From an uncultured virus (IMG/VR IMGVR_UViG_3300010334_000053) (lineage: Duplodnaviria; Heunggongvirae; Uroviricota; Caudoviricetes): DNA of 20,000 nucleotides. Made by a program: the position numbers and the translations under genes. Shown piece by piece: positions 1 through 8,136 of the stretch (position 1 is the first letter of the stretch; every line of letters begins with the position of its first letter). The notes beneath the pieces were generated by a model, which saw only the letters and a program-made list of their open reading frames with translations, had not been told where the DNA came from and made no database searches. Location: IMG/VR virus record IMGVR_UViG_3300010334_000053; one strand, written 5' to 3'.

Positions 1-49
1 CAAATAAAACAGCACCGCAGGCAAATCCTGCAACGAAACTCCATGTCAT
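1..49 (-). CDS. N-terminus of a small hydrophobic protein (MTWSFVAGFACGAVLF...), runs off the window
   Basis: ATG overlaps the ligase stop (TAATG coupling); frame open to the window edge. Confidence 0.55.
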   Translation of the reverse strand, partial: MTWSFVAGFACGAVLF

Positions 50-939
50 TACATAGTCTCCAACGATTCACGAACCCAAGCAAGTCGGGCTTGCTCGTCC
101 ATTTCAGTGTACTCAACGATATTAGCGCGGATCTTGTCGATCAGCGGATAATACTCTTCGTCAATTTGCTGCTTGATCTGATCACTCATCAGCTTGTCAG
201 TACGCGGATTGCGAGCAACCCACTTGCTGGTCAAGTAATACGGCGACTTGATCTTAGCAGCAATACCGTCTTCAGTGTAGAACACAAACCCTTCGTGCTT
301 GACGTTCTTCACAGCCTTGAGAAGTTCACCTACCGTAGTACGCACACCCAGAACAGGCAGGCAACCAAACTGAATACCAAACACAGCAAGAGCATGTGAA
401 TCCAACCTCACCGGGCTATCCCATTCCTTCAAACGGTAGCCGATCAAGTACATGCCTTCTTCTTCAGGAACAATATGCGGATCATTGCGATGCACACATT
501 CAAACATGAAAGTTAGGCGAGGATTTGCACGGCAAATTTCACGATACACATCCACGTCAATAAGCTCACGAGCCATTGCACAGAAGTCGCTGTCCAGGCT
601 ACCGGTAGTGCTCACAAGGATATCTCCATTGTGCCAGGTAACCGAAACCATGAAGCCGTTGATCTTGCGATAAGCGTCAACAACAGTGTCGTCGCTTAAC
701 TTAGGAGCCTTCTTTTCGACACCGTAGTTGTAGACCTTGGTAAAGGGACGAGAAACAATGTTGAAGTCCTGGTCGATCACAGTGCCGCGGCATTCCTCAA
801 GGAAGCGATTCCACAGATCGTCGTAAAATACGCGCTTGGTGTACTTGAGCACAAACAAACCTGGATATGCTTCACTTTCACGCATTTTAACCAGCTTGGG
901 ATTCTTTTCAACCCAATTCTTAAGTTCGATCTTGTTCAT
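49..939 (-). CDS. RNA ligase, T4 Rnl1-like nucleotidyltransferase
   Basis: Motif I KING, SRPFTKVYN, FECV, EGFV, KIKS; sigma70 promoter upstream. Confidence 0.85.
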   Translation of the reverse strand: MNKIELKNWVEKNPKLVKMRESEAYPGLFVLKYTKRVFYDDLWNRFLEECRGTVIDQDFNIVSRPFTKVYNYGVEKKAPKLSDDTVVDAYRKINGFMVSVTWHNGDILVSTTGSLDSDFCAMARELIDVDVYREICRANPRLTFMFECVHRNDPHIVPEEEGMYLIGYRLKEWDSPVRLDSHALAVFGIQFGCLPVLGVRTTVGELLKAVKNVKHEGFVFYTEDGIAAKIKSPYYLTSKWVARNPRTDKLMSDQIKQQIDEEYYPLIDKIRANIVEYTEMDEQARLAWVRESLETM

Positions 940-972
940 GTCTGTGTCCTTGTGTGTTTAACTTACACACAA

Positions 973-1001
973 AGTATATAAGTTTTATTAGGTGAAGTCA
1001 A
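973..1001 (-). promoter_or_regulatory. sigma70-type early promoter
   Basis: TTGACT-17 nt-TATACT upstream of the ligase. Confidence 0.8.
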
Positions 1002-1043
1002 TTGTTCTTGGGGAAAATAATGTGACAGGGCAGATTTTTCTGC

Positions 1044-1112
1044 ATAAATAAGAGTGTGAGCCACGATGCTACCAACATCCGCTCACTCTAATGCTATATA
1101 GGAGCAATCAGC
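1044..1112 (+). promoter_or_regulatory. late promoter (TAAATA) plus structured leader of endonuclease gene
   Basis: TAAATA, then GTGAGC/GCTCAC stem with inner GATG/CATC, TCTAA, and a TGCT/AGCA hairpin over the RBS; homologous to 3005-3074. Confidence 0.65.
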
Positions 1113-2033
1113 ATGAATATTTATACACCAATTACAATCACAGAGGAAATTAGAAAACGATTTAAACCAACTAGACTTGCCATTAAGGAACTTAATGGAG
1201 TAAAATATTTTTGCAAATCAGTTAGAAAAGATATTGAAAAATACACCGGAAGTGGAGTCAGATGGACTAACCATGTTAAAAAGCATGGAAGGGAACATAT
1301 CAGAACGTTGTGGATAAGTGAGTGGTTTTACTGTCCTGAACGTTTGCAGTTTTTTGCTCTTGAATTCAGTAAACAACACAATATAGTCGAGAGCAGTGAA
1401 TGGGCAAATCTTATACCAGAAAATGGATTAACTGGTAACACCGGTTCTAAAAAAGGCCACATGGCAGGGATTCCAAAACCAAAAAGCAATATGCATCGCG
1501 ATTCAATTAGCAAAACTCTCACGGGAATTACGTTAGAATACCGACACGGCAAAGAAAAAGCTGATGAGATTAGATCAAAAATGTCTTTAGCCAAGATTGG
1601 AAACAAAAAATCGAAAGAAACTATCGAAAAAACAAGACAGACTCATTTAGGAAGTAAACGTGGCAAAGAAACTAAACAAAGAATGAAAGAAGCGCAGACA
1701 AGACGAGTACCACTAGTATGTGAACACTGTGGTAAATCTGTCTTGCCCGGCAACTTTCATAGATGGCACGGTGATTGTTGTTTATCCAATCCCAAACATT
1801 TGAAAAGAAAAGTTAATACTACTAACTCGTGTAAAAATCGATCAAAAAAAGTAGTAATAAACGAAAAAGTGTACGCCTCGTTAAAAGAAGCATACACTTT
1901 GTTAAACTTGCCCAGAAATTTACTAGGAAATATGCTAAAGAAAAATATTACCAGTAATTCTAAATGGGGAATTGTTTCTTTTGAAATTATCAATGATGAG
2001 ACATTGGATCAACAAGTTTCATCTTCTGAATAA
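1113..2033 (+). CDS. free-standing GIY-YIG-like homing endonuclease with NUMOD3-like repeats and Zn-finger
   Basis: KYFCKS..YTGSG..W..H N-terminal domain, WANLIPENG, basic repeats, CEHC..RWHGDCC. Confidence 0.7.
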   Translation: MNIYTPITITEEIRKRFKPTRLAIKELNGVKYFCKSVRKDIEKYTGSGVRWTNHVKKHGREHIRTLWISEWFYCPERLQFFALEFSKQHNIVESSEWANLIPENGLTGNTGSKKGHMAGIPKPKSNMHRDSISKTLTGITLEYRHGKEKADEIRSKMSLAKIGNKKSKETIEKTRQTHLGSKRGKETKQRMKEAQTRRVPLVCEHCGKSVLPGNFHRWHGDCCLSNPKHLKRKVNTTNSCKNRSKKVVINEKVYASLKEAYTLLNLPRNLLGNMLKKNITSNSKWGIVSFEIINDETLDQQVSSSE

Positions 2034-2526
2034 CTTCATCTAACTCAACTACAATTTTTCCAGTTGCATCATATCCTACATCCATAATCCTTCCTGGAAT
2101 ACCAGTGGGCTGACCATGACGGTGACCATGTAACATAATGCTACCATGCCCTGCTCGATTATGATCAAATACTGGATAGTGGAACATCACTACAAAAGTC
2201 TTGTTATAAGTCATTTCATAATAAACATGAACTTCTTTAAAGCAACGACGGAACACAGGATCCTTGAGCAACTTCCGATCGTGATTGCCTTCAATCAGGA
2301 TCTTATCACCATTCAGCTGATTCAAGATTGCCACGGCTTTGTTCGAAGGCAGAAAGGCAAAATCACCTAGAATATAGACAGTGTCATCTGGATTAACCTT
2401 AGCATTCCACTCGGAAATCATACTCTGATTCATATCTTCAACGTCCGCGAACTTGCGAGTCTCAGGACAGAACTTCATAATATTCGCGTGTCCAAAATGG
2501 AGATCACTTGATACCCAGGTCTTCAT
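1990..2526 (-). CDS. calcineurin-like metallophosphoesterase
   Basis: SDLHFGH, LGD, GNHD, HYP and HGHRH motifs. Confidence 0.88.
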   Translation of the reverse strand: MKTWVSSDLHFGHANIMKFCPETRKFADVEDMNQSMISEWNAKVNPDDTVYILGDFAFLPSNKAVAILNQLNGDKILIEGNHDRKLLKDPVFRRCFKEVHVYYEMTYNKTFVVMFHYPVFDHNRAGHGSIMLHGHRHGQPTGIPGRIMDVGYDATGKIVVELDEVIQKMKLVDPMSHH

Positions 2527-2537
2527 TATCTAATTCC

Positions 2538-2663
2538 TTAATCTACAATCTTGCAGTAGCGAACCTGAAAGCCGAATGCATCCTTACGCATCTTGCCAAA
2601 CTTTGATTCGTGCCACACATAATCTTCGTTAATTTCTACGATAGTCACTAGACCCGCTGTCAT
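2538..2663 (-). CDS. possible 41-aa ORF or gene remnant (MTAGLVTIVEINEDYVWHESKFGKMRKDAFGFQVRYCKIVD)
   Basis: Open frame fills the gap before the phosphoesterase RBS; overlaps the end of the upstream ORF. Confidence 0.35.
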   Translation of the reverse strand: MTAGLVTIVEINEDYVWHESKFGKMRKDAFGFQVRYCKIVD

Positions 2664-2913
2664 AGCTAGATCCATTATCGTAGGAGGAAGTATCAGTGCT
2701 CATAATGCTGCTAATAACTTCTGCTGCAATGATTGTATCAATGATTGTATCGACAATATCTGGACCGGAATCATAATTTGAGTTAGACTCTACGTGAGCA
2801 ACATATATGCTGCGAGTGGTAGTTGTTTTAACAGCAGTGCCACCTGTAGGAGGCATAGTAGGCGCTGCGGACAACTTCTTGTATTCCTTGTTACGCTTAA
2901 AAAATGAAAACAT
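2629..2913 (-). CDS. hypothetical protein with Ser/Asp-rich C-terminus
   Basis: ORF with AAGGA RBS directly downstream of a sigma70 promoter. Confidence 0.65.
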   Translation of the reverse strand: MFSFFKRNKEYKKLSAAPTMPPTGGTAVKTTTTRSIYVAHVESNSNYDSGPDIVDTIIDTIIAAEVISSIMSTDTSSYDNGSSYDSGSSDYRRN

Positions 2914-2940
2914 AAATGTTCCTTTGTTGTTTACTCATAT

Positions 2941-2969
2941 AGTATACAAAACTTATTACATGGAGTCAA
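2941..2969 (-). promoter_or_regulatory. sigma70-type early promoter
   Basis: TTGACT-17 nt-TATACT. Confidence 0.8.
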
Positions 2970-2972
2970 GAC

Positions 2973-3006
2973 AAAAAATAGCTCTGGCAAATTAATGCCA
3001 GAGCTA
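2973..3006 (-). terminator. intrinsic terminator
   Basis: TAGCTCTGGCA/TGCCAGAGCTA 11-bp stem followed by T6 on the minus strand. Confidence 0.7.
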
Positions 3007-3074
3007 AATAATGGTGCGAATCGCGACAGTGGGGATTGTCCATTCGCTCTAACAGTTTAGAAGGAACTATCAGT
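3005..3074 (+). promoter_or_regulatory. late promoter (TAAATA) plus structured leader of endonuclease gene
   Basis: GCGAAT/ATTCGC stem, inner GACA/TGTC, TCTAA, AGTT/AACT hairpin over the RBS; covaries with 1044-1112. Confidence 0.65.
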
Positions 3075-3701
3075 ATGAATATTTATTACGTCTATGCTTA
3101 TCTCCGTAAGAAAGATCTCACACCATATTATATCGGTAAAGGTAAAGATAATCGTGCTTATCGCAAACATAATGTACCTGTACCAAGGGATAGGTCTATG
3201 ATTGTTTTTCTAGAAACAGGATTAACCAATATTGGTGCCTGCGCATTAGAACGACGCTATATCAGGTGGTATGGACGAAAAGATTTAGGTACAGGAATAT
3301 TGCGAAATAGAACTGATGGCGGCGACGGTATACCGGGAATCTTGCACACAGTTGAACGAAATCAAAAAATTAGTAAAAAACTAAAAGGTAAATTTGTATC
3401 AGAAACTACTAGAAAAAGACTTAGTGATTCTCATATAGGAAAACAAACAGGATCTAATAATGGAATGTTTGGTAAAACTCATTCTGAAAAAGTAAAGAAT
3501 GATCATAGATTGCGTATGATAGGTAATAAAAATAGTCTAGGAAATAAGCATACCGAAGAAGCTAGATTAAAGCAATCACTACGTGCTAAGAATAGGGAAA
3601 TTAAAATATGTCCCCACTGTGGATTTGGATGTACTGGATCAAATTATACAAGATGGCATGGGGATAATTGTAAAAAATTAGGTCAAAAAAATATTGGGTA
3701 G
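3075..3701 (+). CDS. GIY-YIG homing endonuclease with NUMOD3 motifs
   Basis: [28 protein letters not shown] repeats, CPHC..RWHGDNC; start moved to ATG 3075 after AAGGA. Confidence 0.85.
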   Translation: MNIYYVYAYLRKKDLTPYYIGKGKDNRAYRKHNVPVPRDRSMIVFLETGLTNIGACALERRYIRWYGRKDLGTGILRNRTDGGDGIPGILHTVERNQKISKKLKGKFVSETTRKRLSDSHIGKQTGSNNGMFGKTHSEKVKNDHRLRMIGNKNSLGNKHTEEARLKQSLRAKNREIKICPHCGFGCTGSNYTRWHGDNCKKLGQKNIG

Positions 3702-3723
3702 ACGCTAATCTACCCAATATTTT
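3687..3723. terminator. bidirectional terminator hairpin between convergent genes
   Basis: AAAATATTGGGTAGA/TCTACCCAATATTTT inverted repeat. Confidence 0.75.
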
Positions 3724-3733
3724 AAGTTATGTA

Positions 3734-5158
3734 TTAGATGTCGTATCGTGGATCCATGATAGTTGACATCATAATTCCCACCGGCGTAAATTTATCCATT
3801 TCTGCTGACAGTATGGACTTCATAATAGCCGGAGAAAATCCGCTCACAAGTGCCGCACCGCTCTTGTCTGCCTTCACAGGAACATTATCTGAACTGTTAA
3901 GATTCCAAAATACTATTGCAGGAACCTGATATCCCGCTTCTGCGTACTTGCGTTCAATCATTTCCATAGCAGAATCATCATTTCTGATGCACTGATTGAA
4001 CTGCATATCACTGAGCACCAAAAGGATCTCAGGCATTTCACTCTGAGGTACACCGTTCTTGACTGCAACATCAAGAATCTTGTTGAATGCAGCGTGTAGG
4101 TTAGTACTCATGCCCCATTCGCTCTTGACCATCTGTGCAGCCTTTTCAACAACATTGCCCTTGAGAGTAACTAGCTGAGGACTGGAACTGAAAGTAAGGA
4201 AAGTGTCCTTGAACTTGCCAGTGTTCTTGTCCGCAAGATAGAGACCCAGTGAAACTGCAACGTCAAGGCAAGTAACCTCACTCTTAGAAGAGCTACCACC
4301 TGCACGACAAGTCATAGAACCCGAAACGTCAACCAGTGGAAGGATGTTTGCATCCCCAACGTAGTTAGGAAGCGCATTCCACTGTGCCACAACATGGTCA
4401 AGTTCAGTCTTACCAAGTGCTACGCGACTGTAAGGATTGATTACACCCTTGAGAACGTCATACGGATACACTGCGCCAGCGTTGACCTTTACAGTAGGAT
4501 CACCCTTTACCAGCTTGGCAACATACTCGGCAAACTTTGGAGTATTGCGAGTAAAAGCCTTCTTGTAGCGCGAAGCTGCAAGACTAGGAACATGGTTAAA
4601 GTTGATGTTATCCCAATCCTTAGAACACATCTGAGTTTCAACAACCCGGGTCAGGTTAACCAGCGTCTTACGATACTGCTTAGGGCTCATACCAAGTGCA
4701 GATCGAAGTTCTGCTGCCACTGCGCCCTTGCGAGGCATCCACTTGGCGCAAAGACCATTGCCACTGGCAAGTGCATCTGCGATCAGTGCGTATGCTTCGG
4801 TCTTGAGATCGATGGTTTCAAAGACGAGTAGATCGTCCCATCGACCAATTTCTGGTACCTTTGCAAGAAGTGCCTTTGCTGCATCGGTGTCAGTCTTTTC
4901 CAGCTGAACAAGGATGTCACGGAAAATCTTACGTTCGCCTGCACCGCCACGAGCGTCACGCGCCCACTGTGCAACGCGCAGTGCAATTTCTCGATTTTCC
5001 ACGAATGCGCCAGTGAAGGCAGGCACGATGTCCTTGCCACGCGATCCGCCAACGGCAAAGAAAAGGTCGACGTTCTTGGACGCTGACGACTTAAGAGCCT
5101 TCATACCATTTGCAGTCCTTGCAGATTGATTTGCAACCGCTTCAATAAAAGTAGACAT
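3734..5158 (-). CDS. Ro60/TROVE-like protein (DUF2828-type helical domain plus C-terminal VWA)
   Basis: RDARGGAGER, GRWDDL, AKWMPR, MIDAS DVSGSM, LSDMQF, FWNL, LVSGFS motifs. Confidence 0.8.
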   Translation of the reverse strand: MSTFIEAVANQSARTANGMKALKSSASKNVDLFFAVGGSRGKDIVPAFTGAFVENREIALRVAQWARDARGGAGERKIFRDILVQLEKTDTDAAKALLAKVPEIGRWDDLLVFETIDLKTEAYALIADALASGNGLCAKWMPRKGAVAAELRSALGMSPKQYRKTLVNLTRVVETQMCSKDWDNINFNHVPSLAASRYKKAFTRNTPKFAEYVAKLVKGDPTVKVNAGAVYPYDVLKGVINPYSRVALGKTELDHVVAQWNALPNYVGDANILPLVDVSGSMTCRAGGSSSKSEVTCLDVAVSLGLYLADKNTGKFKDTFLTFSSSPQLVTLKGNVVEKAAQMVKSEWGMSTNLHAAFNKILDVAVKNGVPQSEMPEILLVLSDMQFNQCIRNDDSAMEMIERKYAEAGYQVPAIVFWNLNSSDNVPVKADKSGAALVSGFSPAIMKSILSAEMDKFTPVGIMMSTIMDPRYDI

Positions 5159-5171
5159 AGTTATTTCCCTT

Positions 5172-5204
5172 CAGTTTAGGTTAAAAAATTGCTGTTACTA
5201 AACT
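5172..5204 (-). promoter_or_regulatory. 5' UTR hairpin with CAGCAA motif (payload-free copy of the ncRNA family)
   Basis: AGTTTAG-TAA-CAGCAA-TTTTTTAAC-CTAAACT-G directly before RBS AAGGGA of the Ro-like gene. Confidence 0.65.
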
Positions 5205-5218
5205 TTATTTGTTCTCAC

Positions 5219-5247
5219 ATTATATACAAAAATTATTTTTGTGTCAA
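5219..5247 (-). promoter_or_regulatory. consensus sigma70 promoter of the Ro-like gene
   Basis: TTGACA-17 nt-TATAAT. Confidence 0.85.
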
Positions 5248-5976
5248 TCGTTTTTTTGCTATTTTAGAAGTTATTCCGACATAGTCCCAATTTTCTTTAG
5301 GTCCTGTTTGTGACCAAAATACGGTTTTTGGCACTCTTATACAATTTCCTTGCCTATCAACAACGGATACTGTTTCTTTTATTTCCAGCCAATTGTGGGT
5401 ACCTTTTGCTACCCTATCTGATGCTACAGAGGTGCCATCTGCACGTTTTAATAAATTATGAGTGCCATTTTTAACACGCTTATTATTAAGATCAGTTGAG
5501 TGCTGTGAACCTTTTTCGCCTTGAAAATTATGTCTTCCTTCTTTAACTAACTTGGCAGTTCGTTCTTTTGCAAATTTTGAACCTGTTTCTCCCTGCCACG
5601 GGTGTGTTCCGTTTTCGACCATTTTTCTTGCTTTAATTGAAGAAGCAATTTTCATATTTTTAGTATTGTGTTTCTTGTGGCCTTTGTCACTTCCTCCATC
5701 AATACCGTTTTCTATTTTAAAATTTGCCCATTCCTTTGATTCAACAATATTATTATTTTTTGAAAACGTTGATGCAGCTTTTATGCATTCATTTTTGTCT
5801 TCAAAGAATCCAATAATTTCGGTTTCAAATAATTTACCATGTTTTCGTAAATGTGCCAGCCAATATTCACCAGATCCAGTATATTTGTATGGATCAGAAC
5901 TAATAGTTTTTCCAAAATACTTTAAGCCAGTTATTGTGTGGGTTTTAACATAAAGATATGTAGGTTTAAAAGACAT
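5233..5976 (-). CDS. GIY-YIG-like homing endonuclease with GxH(N/P)-aromatic repeats
   Basis: YLYVKTH..GLKYFGKT..YTGSG..W..H, WANFKIENG; TAAATA and AAGGAG upstream. Confidence 0.75.
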   Translation of the reverse strand: MSFKPTYLYVKTHTITGLKYFGKTISSDPYKYTGSGEYWLAHLRKHGKLFETEIIGFFEDKNECIKAASTFSKNNNIVESKEWANFKIENGIDGGSDKGHKKHNTKNMKIASSIKARKMVENGTHPWQGETGSKFAKERTAKLVKEGRHNFQGEKGSQHSTDLNNKRVKNGTHNLLKRADGTSVASDRVAKGTHNWLEIKETVSVVDRQGNCIRVPKTVFWSQTGPKENWDYVGITSKIAKKRLTQK

Positions 5977-6026
5977 AAAAACTCCTTTTTAAGTATTTAT
6001 GTCTAGTACGCGCTTCTTGATTAAAA

Positions 6027-6132
6027 CAGGATGTTGTGACATTAAAAGACCGGGAGTCGAACCCATTGTCACTGTCCCCACTGGACTGGCCCGCTAGTTT
6101 TGGCAGCGAATAATGATTGCGGTAATCATCCT
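6027..6132 (-). ncRNA. carrier-stem ncRNA with tRNA elbow mimic (Y-RNA-like)
   Basis: AGGATG/CATCCT closing stem, CCGCAA motif, D-like GTCC-AGTGG-GGAC, T arm GGG-TTCGACT-CCC. Confidence 0.65.
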
Positions 6133-6152
6133 AAAATATGATTTGAATTAAA

Positions 6153-6216
6153 CAGGATGCCTTTTTTGCTTTTTTGATTACAAGTCAAGTGCATAAAGGT
6201 TTGCTGAAAGCATCCT
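6153..6216 (-). ncRNA. carrier-stem ncRNA with Thr(UGU)-like anticodon hairpin
   Basis: AGGATGC/GCATCCT stem, CAGCAA, apical TTGA-CTTGTAA-TCAA. Confidence 0.65.
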
Positions 6217-6227
6217 AAAACTTAATT

Positions 6228-6413
6228 TTAGATTGTTTGTTCGTGTTGTTCTATTAATCTATCTATCCAAAAAATCCACCAAGCCTGTTGCAATGCTTTA
6301 TATAACTCTATTGCAGCAGGATCTTTTTGAATATGTACTAAATCAGATTCGGTCGGGTGTGTTTCTCTATACCAAGAAGCAAACGTAGTCGAATCATGTT
6401 GTCTTTTTTTCAT
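6228..6413 (-). CDS. small hypothetical protein
   Basis: ATGA overlap with the Pth2 stop. Confidence 0.6.
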   Translation of the reverse strand: MKKRQHDSTTFASWYRETHPTESDLVHIQKDPAAIELYKALQQAWWIFWIDRLIEQHEQTI

Positions 6414-6808
6414 GTAAACGTCTTTAACGCTTTGATATCGTCACCAATATTTTCTTCTGCAATTGGACCAAGTCCTAAACAGGTCGTGGTCGGCTCGTCG
6501 AACACAGTAAATGCAGCATCAGTTACAAGACTAGTACCACAGATATCCTTGTACTTGTCTTGCAGCACACGTAGTTCTTCTACAGTGTCTACAATCAGCG
6601 TGATCTTATAAGCCCGATCGCCATTCTGGTACTTTTCTGCATCACTAGGTCCGTCACTGGCAAATCCATGTTCACCAGGAAATCTTTTTACAGAATCCCA
6701 AAAACTGTGAAGGTAGGCGTGTCCTGCCTGAGTACACATCTTACCACGAATGCCGTTCATTTTCTTTACCGATTCAAGGGCAAAGATACAGTACATTTTA
6801 ACTTTCAT
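6410..6808 (-). CDS. pth2: peptidyl-tRNA hydrolase, Pth2 family
   Basis: GKMCTQAGHA, KITL, DAAFTV, TTTCLGLGP; true start MKVKMY (the ORF-track extension overlaps tRNA-Cys). Confidence 0.82.
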   Translation of the reverse strand: MKVKMYCIFALESVKKMNGIRGKMCTQAGHAYLHSFWDSVKRFPGEHGFASDGPSDAEKYQNGDRAYKITLIVDTVEELRVLQDKYKDICGTSLVTDAAFTVFDEPTTTCLGLGPIAEENIGDDIKALKTFT

Positions 6809-6826
6809 ATCTCTACCTTTCAAAAT

Positions 6827-6904
6827 TGGAGCGCCGGGCGTGATTCGAACACGCGGTGTTACTGCTTTGCAGGCAGTTGCATTGGGCCTCTCTGCCACCG
6901 ACGC
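6827..6904 (-). tRNA. tRNA-Cys(GCA)
   Basis: Cloverleaf, ACTGC-CTGCAAA-GCAGT, U73, CCA. Confidence 0.92.
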
Positions 6905-6917
6905 ATTATTTAAATTC

Positions 6918-7005
6918 TGGCGGAGCGTGTGGGAATCGAACCCACTCTACCCATTTAGGTAGTACAGATTAGCAGTCTGCTGCATTACCGGCCTGCCCAC
7001 GCTCC
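6918..7005 (-). tRNA. tRNA-Ser(GCT)
   Basis: GCAGA-CTGCTAA-TCTGT, long variable arm, CCA. Confidence 0.92.
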
Positions 7006-7020
7006 GTATTTGTTGTTGCA

Positions 7021-7049
7021 ATTATAGTACTATTTATTAGCAGTGTCAA
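7021..7049 (-). promoter_or_regulatory. consensus sigma70 promoter with TAAATA late box in the spacer
   Basis: TTGACA-CTGCTAATAAATAGTAC-TATAAT. Confidence 0.85.
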
Positions 7050-7057
7050 CGCTAAAT

Positions 7058-7474
7058 TTACAATCCTGCCTTTTTTACTAACTCTTTATATCCAGCCCAG
7101 CTAGGATGAATATGATCAGGTTGTACACGCTTAGTTGCAATAATCTGATCGCCATGTTCGTGTGCTAGTTTCTCAACAATTGCATTTACATTTTCTTTAC
7201 AAAACTTTTCATTGCACGGCGGCATAATCCATACAACACGACTTGAGTGGACACGATTTCGCATCTTACGAAGTTCTGCTTCAGTATGAATGAACTGATG
7301 ATCATTAGTGCCAAGACTAATGACAACTAGCTTAGAATCAAGAGCAGTATTGCCCCATTTCTTGTTCCACTGCCACGTGTTATATCCACCTTTAGCATAT
7401 GAAACACATTGCTTAGGTGCAAACATTTCAGTACCAACGGCGATACTATCGCCGATAATTAAACATTCCAACAT
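7058..7474 (-). CDS. SGNH/GDSL-like hydrolase
   Basis: IGDSI, SLGTND, DHIHP blocks. Confidence 0.8.
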   Translation of the reverse strand: MLECLIIGDSIAVGTEMFAPKQCVSYAKGGYNTWQWNKKWGNTALDSKLVVISLGTNDHQFIHTEAELRKMRNRVHSSRVVWIMPPCNEKFCKENVNAIVEKLAHEHGDQIIATKRVQPDHIHPSWAGYKELVKKAGL

Positions 7475-7614
7475 TAATCACCCTTTACTGTTTTTGCCTT
7501 ACCATCTTGTACTAGCTTGTGACGCGCTTTATTCACCCTGGGAGTAGGAGCATCGCCACCGGCAAATTCATGCTTGGTAAGCAATAGGTCTTTATGTTGA
7601 ATAAATTCTTCCAT
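7474..7614 (-). CDS. small hypothetical protein (MEEFIQHK..., 46 aa)
   Basis: TAATG overlaps at both ends. Confidence 0.5.
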   Translation of the reverse strand: MEEFIQHKDLLLTKHEFAGGDAPTPRVNKARHKLVQDGKAKTVKGD

Positions 7615-7706
7615 TATTTTAAAATCGCAATCAGCAGCAATATAAATGCCATTATGGGATGTGAAGGGAAAATCACAAATGCAATAATTAACAACAAACA
7701 GTCCAC
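7614..7706 (-). CDS. 30-aa hydrophobic membrane peptide
   Basis: GTG start after GGAGG; MDCLLLIIAFVIFPSHPIMAFILLLIAILK; TAATG coupling to the next gene. Confidence 0.5.
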   Translation of the reverse strand: MDCLLLIIAFVIFPSHPIMAFILLLIAILK

Positions 7707-7708
7707 TA

Positions 7709-8116
7709 TTACCTCCGCATCTTTGCAATTTCTTCCGCGTCACTTTGTTCAAAAATCGGCACCATATTTGATTTATGCATCGTGCCAATTCCAATTAGTT
7801 TGCGCGCACCTGAATATTGCATTGGCGCCTTGGCAAATCCATTACCCACGCCGTTGCCGCTGGAGATCACAGGACTTGGTCGACGGTATGTTTCTGTTTT
7901 GAATGGATCTTTGACGATCTTAGATGTATACTTACTCTTGCCCTGTTTGTAGGCAATGTACTCATCAACCGTCTTTTCCTTGAGACCAAGTCTGCGCATC
8001 TGCTTGTTGTAAGTGCGAAACTCTTCTGCAAGTTTTGCAGTTATTGTAACAGGCTTAGACTTCTTACGTTTAGTAGAAGTAGTTGATAATCCTGGTCCAC
8101 AAAGATGCATACTCAT
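7709..8116 (-). CDS. basic hypothetical protein typical of T4-like phages
   Basis: C-terminal GIGTMHKSNMVPIF motif, AGGA RBS. Confidence 0.7.
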   Translation of the reverse strand: MSMHLCGPGLSTTSTKRKKSKPVTITAKLAEEFRTYNKQMRRLGLKEKTVDEYIAYKQGKSKYTSKIVKDPFKTETYRRPSPVISSGNGVGNGFAKAPMQYSGARKLIGIGTMHKSNMVPIFEQSDAEEIAKMRR

Positions 8117-8136
8117 AAAAATTCCTATTTAAAAAT

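Noticed and set aside
2728..2751. 12-bp tandem duplication (IDTIIDTI)
   Set aside because: In-frame slippage in a low-complexity protein; no further structure
1113..5976. Group I introns or inteins hosting the endonucleases
   Set aside because: Flanking genes look complete, the endonucleases have their own promoters, and two are on the opposite strand
6027..6216. CRISPR array, or plain terminators for the AAACAGGAT...ATCCTAAAA repeats
   Set aside because: The units are self-complementary with structured interiors of unequal length, only two per site, and no cas genes are present; the conserved unpaired CAGCAA and tRNA motifs are not explained by terminators
6809..6898. N-terminal extension of Pth2 in the ORF track
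   Set aside because: Overlaps tRNA-Cys; the RBS supports a start at 6808
7474..7902. ORFs 7474-7794 and 7594-7902 as given
   Set aside because: They overlap the 7709-8116 gene; two shorter coupled ORFs explain the region better
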